NCBI GenBank assembly: GCA_947627525.1
Contig: CANQWJ010000001.1
Coordinates: 1 to 50,773 of the forward strand
Reading direction: 5' to 3'
Source of the DNA: an uncultured Bacilli bacterium
GTDB taxonomy: Bacteria; Bacillota_I; Bacilli_A; RF39; UBA660
DNA: 50,773 nt
Made by a program: the position numbers and the translations under genes. Positions 19,490 through 26,175 of the stretch are shown in pieces; within the stretch, counting starts at the first letter, position 1, and each line of letters opens with the position of its first letter. The notes beneath the pieces are model-generated. The model searched no databases. It saw nothing but the letters and a program-made list of their open reading frames with translations, and was not told the origin of the DNA.

Positions 19490-20362
19490 TTATAATAAAG
19501 TTTCTTTAACTTTTTCTCTTTTTCGAGTAACATAAGCAATTCCTTGATCATTCAAAGAATCACTCATCACTAACTGATCAGTAGCTAAACCTAAAATTAA
19601 TAAGTGATCAATAACATTATCAGAATTGGTCCAAGTATTACCACTCGTATTTATTTTCATATTAGGAAAATCAATTCCTGAATCTATATCTTTAACATAA
19701 TCAAGTAAAGAAGAAATATCCCCTTTTCTTTTTTCAAGGCGATCACTACTCATCAAATAATCATATTTTACACCATGACAATACATGTGAGGAGAAATAG
19801 GTTGACCCTCTTTTACTTCATTTAAATTTAAAAGACAATCTTTAAATATTTCTGTTACTAAATCTTCACTAATACCAATAGCGATGTCACTACGACTAAC
19901 ACCAAGGCTCTTACGAGTTGCTAATAGAATTTTAAGAATACTTACAAAGTTATCATCACTATATAAAACAAATTTATAATCATAATTACGCCTTTGTAAT
20001 CTTGATATCATATATTCCCAGGTATTAGATACCGTTGAAAGATACTCTCCTTCGACACCCATACTATGCATTTTTTCTATAAATGCTTCTTTTTGATTGA
20101 TATCAGGATATAAAACAACAACCTTAATACCATCTTGTTCCAAACTAGAAATTATTTTATCTTGGGGAGGAAGTAAAACAATATCACAAGTTCCGACTTT
20201 ATTTTTTAAGGATGCAGTATAACTAGAGACATAATCTTTTGTAAATTTACCATCATTAAAAGCATATTCACTCGGATCAACTTCGCCAAATTTAATACCG
20301 CTATTTGAAAAGTCAAAGGCTGTTAAGTCAGGAAAACTAGCAATAAAAATTGTCTTATCCAT
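19490..20362 (-). CDS. Hypothetical protein (orphan)
   Basis: ORF with start taken at MDKTIFIASF (ATG ends at 20362) after AGGAGTGA. No motif recognised. Confidence 0.6.
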   Translation of the reverse strand: MDKTIFIASFPDLTAFDFSNSGIKFGEVDPSEYAFNDGKFTKDYVSSYTASLKNKVGTCDIVLLPPQDKIISSLEQDGIKVVVLYPDINQKEAFIEKMHSMGVEGEYLSTVSNTWEYMISRLQRRNYDYKFVLYSDDNFVSILKILLATRKSLGVSRSDIAIGISEDLVTEIFKDCLLNLNEVKEGQPISPHMYCHGVKYDYLMSSDRLEKRKGDISSLLDYVKDIDSGIDFPNMKINTSGNTWTNSDNVIDHLLILGLATDQLVMSDSLNDQGIAYVTRKREKVKETLL

Positions 20363-20406
20363 AGAATCACTCCTAGTATACATATTAATTATAAGATAAA
20401 TAAAAG

Positions 20407-20436
20407 AATATAGTCACAAAAACTATATTTTTTTAT
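20407..20436. terminator. Hairpin with flanking A/T tracts after the 442-aa gene
   Basis: AATATAGT (20407..20414) pairs with ACTATATT (20422..20429). The T-run is stronger on the plus side. Confidence 0.4.
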
Positions 20437-20456
20437 AATAGTTTACTAAAATTTTA

Positions 20457-21785
20457 CTAATCCAAACCAGACCATTTAGCGTAACTTATAAAACTATTAT
20501 CCATAGAACCTAAATCTTGAGCCTTTTTTAATTGTTTAGCATGCTCATCCTGCTTATTAGAAACATTTTTATGTAGTTCTTCAACTGCTTCACTAATGTT
20601 ACGAAGTTTTAAATAAAACATCCAATTAGCAAATTCATTCTCGTCAATATCAAACAGTTTACAATATAATAATTTAGTTCTGTCCTCAATAAATTGAGGC
20701 TTCTCAATTTTATCAGCAAAAAGAGAATAAGAAATTTCTGTATCACCAATGCGATCAATACATTGACCAGTAAAAATACCATCAAGTTTCTTAAATGTCT
20801 TTTCATTAAGACTATCGTGTCTAAAAGCCGTAAGAACATTTAATTTATTAAGTAACTCTCCTAAGGTATCACTATCAAAAATAGCATCCATACATTTTTC
20901 AAAAGAATAACCTCTTTGCCCTAGAAAGTCCCATTCAACTTCACCAACTAATCGCAATATATCTTTACGAAATTCTTCATTTTCAATATTAGTTAATATT
21001 TTTTTGCGAAAAAGTTCGTAACGTCCTGGATAAATTAAAGCAGCATTATAATATATTGGAGCCATATTATTATTTGAGACTTTAGAATACTCAAAGACAT
21101 CAGCACTAATAGCCCTAAGACTAGATAAATTATAAGTTTTCATAGCATCTTTCGTAACAGCATCTAATAATTTTAAACCATTTGTAAATTTCGTATAGTC
21201 ATAAGAAAATGGTACCATGTTACTTTTATTAATTAATTGCTTAAGTAAATCAATTTTATATGGATATTCGCAATCAATTATGGCATCAACCATCAATTTA
21301 TCTATTTCATCAAAATAGCCATTCCCAGTTCGAGAAGGCATAAAAGATAAATTACAAACAAGCTGATTAAAATTTCCTTTATGTTTGGAAATAGCACGTA
21401 ACATTGCATAAATATTAATAATACATGGTTTTAAATTATATTGTTTAGATAATCCTATTTCATAACATTGATGAACTAAAGCAGCATAATCAAAGACTCT
21501 ATTCAATGCTTCTAACTGTTCACTAGTTCCATTAAAAATATCTGCAACATACGCCACTATGGAATCTTTACTACCATCAACAGCCATTCTAGCATTTCCA
21601 TTATACCATGTTTGATGCAATGAAACTTGTTTTTCTATAGGATAAACATCTTGATAAATAAACTTTAAAAAATCAATGCACTTCTTTCGCATATCAACAT
21701 TATCATCCGCAATATAAAAAGGCGGATGTTTTAAAATACTATCAAAAATAACTTTTGGTGCATAAATCATTTTTTCTTCTTCCAT
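20457..21785 (-). CDS. Hypothetical protein (442 aa, orphan, predicted helical)
   Basis: ORF with SD AGGAG 7 nt upstream of the ATG. No motif recognised. Confidence 0.65.
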   Translation of the reverse strand: MEEEKMIYAPKVIFDSILKHPPFYIADDNVDMRKKCIDFLKFIYQDVYPIEKQVSLHQTWYNGNARMAVDGSKDSIVAYVADIFNGTSEQLEALNRVFDYAALVHQCYEIGLSKQYNLKPCIINIYAMLRAISKHKGNFNQLVCNLSFMPSRTGNGYFDEIDKLMVDAIIDCEYPYKIDLLKQLINKSNMVPFSYDYTKFTNGLKLLDAVTKDAMKTYNLSSLRAISADVFEYSKVSNNNMAPIYYNAALIYPGRYELFRKKILTNIENEEFRKDILRLVGEVEWDFLGQRGYSFEKCMDAIFDSDTLGELLNKLNVLTAFRHDSLNEKTFKKLDGIFTGQCIDRIGDTEISYSLFADKIEKPQFIEDRTKLLYCKLFDIDENEFANWMFYLKLRNISEAVEELHKNVSNKQDEHAKQLKKAQDLGSMDNSFISYAKWSGLD

Positions 21786-21844
21786 AAATAATCTCCTACC
21801 TAACTTTCTATATAAGTTTTGCCAATTATTGTAACACGTTTATC

Positions 21845-21880
21845 ATAAAAAAGAAAGAAAAAAGGAATGAACTATTCCTC
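21845..21880 (-). terminator. Candidate terminator closing the tmk-paralog operon
   Basis: Minus strand: AGGAAT AGTTC ATTCCT followed by TTTTTCTTTCTTTTTT. The short 6-bp stem overlaps the stop codon of 21872..22501. Confidence 0.45.
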
Positions 21881-22501
21881 TTTATCACTTCTACTCTTTA
21901 ACCAATTCAATAATTGTTTACTACTAGAATTTATTAATTTTTTAGTCTTTTGGCCGACTTCACCAACAACTTCTTTTGTTTGCGTACCAAACTCTTCAAC
22001 TTTATCTTGATCTATTCCTAAAGTTTTAGAAACTCCTAAAACGATATGTTTTCCTTCTTCACCTAAAGTTTTAGTTGCTTTTTTTAGACTATCAGCAGTT
22101 TCTTTAGTAACTTCTTTAGAAAGATCCGAAATATCACTACGAAGCGAACTTACTTCGTCATAACCAAATCTAGTAAAGAATAAATGACACTGAATATCAC
22201 CAACTAAATCAAACATTTCACTAGAAGTCATAATACCATTATGTTTAACACAAGCATTAAATACTTCACGACTATTTATGGAATATCCTTTTTCTGCCAT
22301 ATTATTAATAAAAGCAACTAAATCTTGATTCTTTTCGTAATAAGAAGAAGCAACATCAAAATAATCACGACAATCATCAGTAACATAATCATCAAGTCTT
22401 GTAATGATACTTTGTAAAGGTGCAACATGATTATTAAATTCTTTCTTCCTATCACGATATTTTTTAATTAAACTGACTAATTCTATTAAATTTTTATTCA
22501 T
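21872..22501 (-). CDS. Uncharacterised protein, paralog C of a tandem triplet
   Basis: 209 aa with SD GAGGTAATT. It shares architecture and a C-terminal basic tail (KKLINSSSKQLLNWLKS) with the two upstream ORFs. Confidence 0.65.
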   Translation of the reverse strand: MNKNLIELVSLIKKYRDRKKEFNNHVAPLQSIITRLDDYVTDDCRDYFDVASSYYEKNQDLVAFINNMAEKGYSINSREVFNACVKHNGIMTSSEMFDLVGDIQCHLFFTRFGYDEVSSLRSDISDLSKEVTKETADSLKKATKTLGEEGKHIVLGVSKTLGIDQDKVEEFGTQTKEVVGEVGQKTKKLINSSSKQLLNWLKSRSDKEE

Positions 22502-22515
22502 AATTACCTCAAAGA

Positions 22516-23151
22516 CTATACATTTGTTTTTTCAACGATTTTTTCTAAAGTTTTAATTAATTTCTTACTACCTTTATTGATAACTTTTTTACTAGTTCTT
22601 TTACAATCGTCACCAAAACTTAAAAGAGATATTTTAAGGCTTTCACCTCTTGCTTCCATTCTTTCATTAAAATTACTTGCTTTTTCTTTAGCTATGTCAG
22701 AAAGATTTTCTAAAAATTCTTGACGTCTTTCACTGCGTAATTCATGCTCAGCGAAATTAACAGCATCCACTCTTCCTTTAGCATCAACTAAATCATCCTC
22801 ATAACAACAAACAGCAAAATATCCTGCATCTAATAATAATGTGGCCATCTCACAATCTTGATCAGTTAATCCAAACATATCGCGAACATCATCAACTAGA
22901 AGATGACGATCACAACTTCCAGGATAAACTTCATTTCTTTCACGCAAAGCATCAAGTAAACCTTCTCTTTCATCAAAGAAATTAGTTGCAATTTCAAAAA
23001 TGCTTTTCATTGAATGTTCTTGATTATTATATTCAGCTAATAAATTATCAACATCAAATTCACAAACAGCTTCTTCAAATACTTGAATAAGCTCCTTATA
23101 ATCAGTTAAGGCCTTTCGATATTCTTTTAGTATTTTTTTCTTATCATTCAT
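22516..23151 (-). CDS. Uncharacterised protein, paralog B of a tandem triplet
   Basis: 211 aa. Contains LLLDAGYFAV and C-terminal KKVINKGSKKLIKTLEKIVEKT. Confidence 0.65.
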   Translation of the reverse strand: MNDKKKILKEYRKALTDYKELIQVFEEAVCEFDVDNLLAEYNNQEHSMKSIFEIATNFFDEREGLLDALRERNEVYPGSCDRHLLVDDVRDMFGLTDQDCEMATLLLDAGYFAVCCYEDDLVDAKGRVDAVNFAEHELRSERRQEFLENLSDIAKEKASNFNERMEARGESLKISLLSFGDDCKRTSKKVINKGSKKLIKTLEKIVEKTNV

Positions 23152-23169
23152 ATTTTTTTCCTCTTTTCT

Positions 23170-23838
23170 CTATTTTTCCGTTTTTTCTACTACTTTCTCT
23201 AAAACTTTAATAAGTTTTTTTGTTCCTTTATTAAGAGCTTTTTTAGTCATTCGATAACCATCATCTTTAAGTTGTTCAAAACGCAAACTAGCATCATTCA
23301 TCTGTTTATCAAATTCATCACGATCAACTTCTATGACGTCAATAACATGATTTGTAAACCTTTTGCTAGCATCAGTAACAGCATCCGTAAAAGAATTAAC
23401 AGTTCCTATAACTCTTGCTGTTCCAACTCGCGACAATTCCCTAAAACGTCGATTCATTTCTTGTATTTTCTCTTCTTTATCTTTAACTGTAAAGAAACCA
23501 TTATTAAGAGCAAGAACAATTAAATTATATTCTTCATCTTCTAAATCAATTTGAAAATTACGGGCTTGCTCACAAAAAACTCCATAATTAGTAACTTGAC
23601 TTCCAATAGTCATTTGATGAACCATTTCAAAGAAAAAGGGATATTTGTCATACATTTCAGCAACAATGTCATAAAGATTACGATTATCTTCATACTTATC
23701 ACAATATGTAGCTACAACATCATCACAATCTTCTCTAATAACTAAACTTTCAAAAACTTTTTTCATTTCCACAAAACTTTTACACTCTTTATGATATTTA
23801 CTTAAAAGTTCTAAAGTTTCCTTTGTAAAATTCTCCAT
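23170..23838 (-). CDS. Uncharacterised protein, paralog A of a tandem triplet
   Basis: 222 aa with SD GGAGGATTT. Contains LALNNGFFTV and C-terminal KKALNKGTKKLIKVLEKVVEKT. Confidence 0.65.
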   Translation of the reverse strand: MENFTKETLELLSKYHKECKSFVEMKKVFESLVIREDCDDVVATYCDKYEDNRNLYDIVAEMYDKYPFFFEMVHQMTIGSQVTNYGVFCEQARNFQIDLEDEEYNLIVLALNNGFFTVKDKEEKIQEMNRRFRELSRVGTARVIGTVNSFTDAVTDASKRFTNHVIDVIEVDRDEFDKQMNDASLRFEQLKDDGYRMTKKALNKGTKKLIKVLEKVVEKTEK

Positions 23839-23885
23839 AAATCCTCCACATTAACTAATTATTATAAATAGCTAATTTTTAAAAG

Positions 23886-24572
23886 TCAATTTTTATTTTT
23901 TAATAATTGATATACATCATTGTGAATGCTTTCAGGTGTACGCATTTCATCACCATCATTACATTTTACTTTATCCCAAGATAGATAGTCAGCAATAAAC
24001 ATCGCATTATCATATACTTTATGCATGAAATCTAAGTTTTGTTCATGAATGTCATTTGCGACACCATCATTTCCTTGACGTCTTGTTCTTAAACTTGTTA
24101 CTAAATCAAATGGTGCTTCTAAAAAGATAACATTATCTGGTTCTTTTATTCCTATTTTGTTATATTCAAAATCCATGACGTAATCGATGAACTTTTTACG
24201 TTCATCCAAGTCTTCAATTAAAGCTGATTGATAAATTAGACTTGATGTCGTATAACGATCTAATAAAATAATTTTTCCATCTTCATATAATGGTTTTAAT
24301 TTTGTAATATAAGCTATTCCCCTATCGATAGCGTACAAACTATTAATAAAGTAAGGCGATAATTCACTTGGTTGGCCAAATTCACCCTGCAAATACTTTT
24401 CAACAGGTGCCCCATAATAAGTATTATATGATGGAAAATGATGATGAAAAACAATATGTCCATCATTTTCTAAGTGTTTATGTAACAATTTAAATTGGGT
24501 TGTCTTACCAATACCATCACAAGCCCCTTCAAAGACAATTAACTTTCCTTTTTTAGTATTAAGTGTTTCCAT
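23886..24572 (-). CDS. tmk: Thymidylate kinase family P-loop kinase
   Basis: FEGACDGIGKTT P-loop, FPSYNTYYGAPVEKYLQGEFG, YAIDR and LLDRYTTSSLIYQ. This matches the long Clostridia-type dTMP kinase pattern as I remember it. Start at METLNT (ATG ends at 24572) after GGAGGGAG. Confidence 0.8.
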   Translation of the reverse strand: METLNTKKGKLIVFEGACDGIGKTTQFKLLHKHLENDGHIVFHHHFPSYNTYYGAPVEKYLQGEFGQPSELSPYFINSLYAIDRGIAYITKLKPLYEDGKIILLDRYTTSSLIYQSALIEDLDERKKFIDYVMDFEYNKIGIKEPDNVIFLEAPFDLVTSLRTRRQGNDGVANDIHEQNLDFMHKVYDNAMFIADYLSWDKVKCNDGDEMRTPESIHNDVYQLLKNKN

Positions 24573-24621
24573 TACTCCCTCCAATTTTTATTTTCTTCAA
24601 CCCAATTATTCTTCTATATCA

Positions 24622-24630
24622 ATTATAACA
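24622..24630 (-). promoter_or_regulatory. Extended -10 element (TGTTATAAT) upstream of the tmk-like gene
   Basis: The minus strand reads TGTTATAAT about 50 nt upstream of the start. The -35 is weak. Confidence 0.45.
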
Positions 24631-24647
24631 TTAAATAGAATTTTTAC

Positions 24648-24687
24648 TAGCAAAAACAAAAAAATCCTTATTTTTTTATAAGGATTT
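24648..24687 (-). terminator. Rho-independent terminator after the 187-aa gene
   Basis: 10-bp stem AAATCCTTAT / ATAAGGATTT followed on the minus strand by TTTTTTTGTTTTTG. Confidence 0.7.
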
Positions 24688-24690
24688 AAT

Positions 24691-25254
24691 TTATATTTTC
24701 TCCAATAAGGTAATTGGACAATAATCATCTTTAAAAGCAATCGCAATATGATTTAAAGGAGCAAAATTCATTTTTAAATTATCATCATATTTTGAAAAAT
24801 ATTCTTCTTCACTAATATTTTCATAATAATCTCTTGTTAAAAGTTTATTATCACTATTACTACCATCATAACCATAAAAGATATCTTTTATATGTTCTTT
24901 TACTAGTTTTGAATTGATATCAATACGATAAATATCTTTATATGCTAATATTTCTTTCATTCTTGGTCCAAGACTTTCCTTAGGCGGATACTTAAAAAAA
25001 TAGATATAATTTGTTCCTTCTCTACCACGGAAGATATTTAAAGCATCAAGTATTTCTTCTTGCGTTAAACTATTTTCATTTCTTCCAGCATACTTTTCAA
25101 TTTTCCAATCTTTAACAATACGATATTTATATTTAGATGTATATTTATCAAATTCTTCATATAAACCATGATCATACATATATTTTAAACTAAGAAGACC
25201 AATTGACAAATCAGCATCTTTATTAACTAAATGATAAAAATAAAGTGGTTGCAT
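24691..25254 (-). CDS. Hypothetical protein (187 aa, Y/K/E-rich, orphan)
   Basis: ORF with SD AGGTGATG. Monocistronic, with its own terminator. Confidence 0.65.
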   Translation of the reverse strand: MQPLYFYHLVNKDADLSIGLLSLKYMYDHGLYEEFDKYTSKYKYRIVKDWKIEKYAGRNENSLTQEEILDALNIFRGREGTNYIYFFKYPPKESLGPRMKEILAYKDIYRIDINSKLVKEHIKDIFYGYDGSNSDNKLLTRDYYENISEEEYFSKYDDNLKMNFAPLNHIAIAFKDDYCPITLLEKI

Positions 25255-25347
25255 GACATCACCTAAAAAAATTATAACATAATTTAAAAATCAATATTCA
25301 AAAATCAGCTAAAATATGTTAACATATAAAATATGGAGGTACGAAAA

Positions 25348-25743
25348 ATGGATCAAAATAATAATCAAAATGTTCAAGCGATGCCAAATCAAAATGTTCA
25401 AATGGCGCCAAATCAAAACACACAAGTAAATCAATCTAATTTTAGTCAGCCAGTTGTTAATCAACCAGTTGTTAATTCCAAGCCAGCTTTTGTTCTTGAT
25501 GAAAAAATGTTAGATTTATTTACAAATGTTGGAATTAGTGGTGGCTTAGGTTTCTGTTGCTACTTTGTTATAATTTTAATTGAGAAACTTATAACAAAAA
25601 TTGCTGGTGGTCTACATAGTTATGATGCTCAATCAACTCTTTATGACATATATAATTTCATCAGTGAATACGTATTAACATTATTTCCTATCATAGTCAT
25701 TGGCTTATCACTTTTCCTTTTATTAAAAAATAAAAAGAAATAA
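25348..25743 (+). CDS. Small membrane protein with a Q/N-rich repeat N-terminus and two C-terminal TM helices
   Basis: Start at MDQNNNQ after GGAGG plus 8 nt. Contains repeated NQNVQ(A/M)(M/A)PNQN and QPVVN units. Confidence 0.65.
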   Translation: MDQNNNQNVQAMPNQNVQMAPNQNTQVNQSNFSQPVVNQPVVNSKPAFVLDEKMLDLFTNVGISGGLGFCCYFVIILIEKLITKIAGGLHSYDAQSTLYDIYNFISEYVLTLFPIIVIGLSLFLLLKNKKK

Positions 25744-25753
25744 ATCAAGAAAA

Positions 25754-25788
25754 AGAATCCTTTACCTAAAAGGGTTCTTTTATTTTAT
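25754..25788 (+). terminator. Rho-independent terminator of the plus-strand membrane-protein gene
   Basis: AGAATCCTTT / AAAGGGTTCT hairpin followed by TTTATTTTATT. Confidence 0.65.
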
Positions 25789-25792
25789 TATA

Positions 25793-25868
25793 TGGTCTCC
25801 CCAACCGGACTCGAACCAGTATCTATCGCTTAGGAGGCGATTGCTCTATCCTGCTGAGCTATGAGGAG
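25793..25868 (-). tRNA. tRNA-Arg (anticodon CCU), CCA encoded
   Basis: Manual cloverleaf, 76 nt. Acceptor CTCCTCA/TGGGGAG; D arm GCTC-AGCAGGATA-GAGC; anticodon arm ATCGC-CTCCTAA-GCGAT; T arm ACTGG-TTCGAGT-CCGGT; discriminator A plus CCA. Confidence 0.92.
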
Positions 25869-25871
25869 ATA

Positions 25872-25898
25872 ACTACATTATAACAAAAATAATGTAGT
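25872..25898 (-). promoter_or_regulatory. tRNA-Arg promoter: extended -10 TGTTATAAT embedded in a perfect 10-bp inverted repeat
   Basis: TGTTATAAT lies at 25877..25885 (minus strand), only 8 nt upstream of the mature tRNA 5' end. The inverted repeat is ACTACATTAT (25872..25881) with ATAATGTAGT (25889..25898). Confidence 0.5.
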
Positions 25899-26175
25899 AT
25901 AAAAACTATTTTTCTAAATTATCATCAGCATGTTTAAGGTCTGCAAACATTGCTGTTTCTTTTCCAAAATTTATAGAAAAAGAAATTTATTTTACACGAC
26001 TATCTCTTTTGGCAAGTGCTTTATAACTTATAATAAATTATCACAACTATCATCGTCAATAAAAATAAATTCAATTTCTTACTCTAATTTTTCATCAAGT
26101 TCATCAACTACTTAATAATATAAAGGTTAGACCTCTTCCTCATTGTAACAAGAAATAACTAATGAAATTAATTCT

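Noticed and set aside
24691-25254. A DarT or other ADP-ribosyltransferase-like toxin call for the 187-aa protein.
   Set aside because: There are only loose short-motif resemblances (FYH..GLLS, YIYFFKYPP). I see no identifiable catalytic Glu context, no adjacent antitoxin-like (macrodomain) gene, and the gene is monocistronic. It is kept as a low-interest note, not a call.
19490-25868. Integrated genomic island or prophage remnant at tRNA-Arg.
   Set aside because: I found no integrase, recombinase or phage gene, and no direct repeat of the tRNA 3' end at lower coordinates. The block may still be accessory, but mobility cannot be supported from this window.
25899-26175. 277-nt gap between the yfhO stop and the tRNA-Arg promoter, including the plus-strand 61-aa ORF 25930..26115 and a hairpin CAGCATGTTT..AAACATTGCTG at about 25927..25956.
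   Set aside because: The ORF has no SD and a low-complexity product. I recognise no RNA family in the gap. The hairpin may be a weak or bidirectional terminator, but the evidence is insufficient for a feature call.
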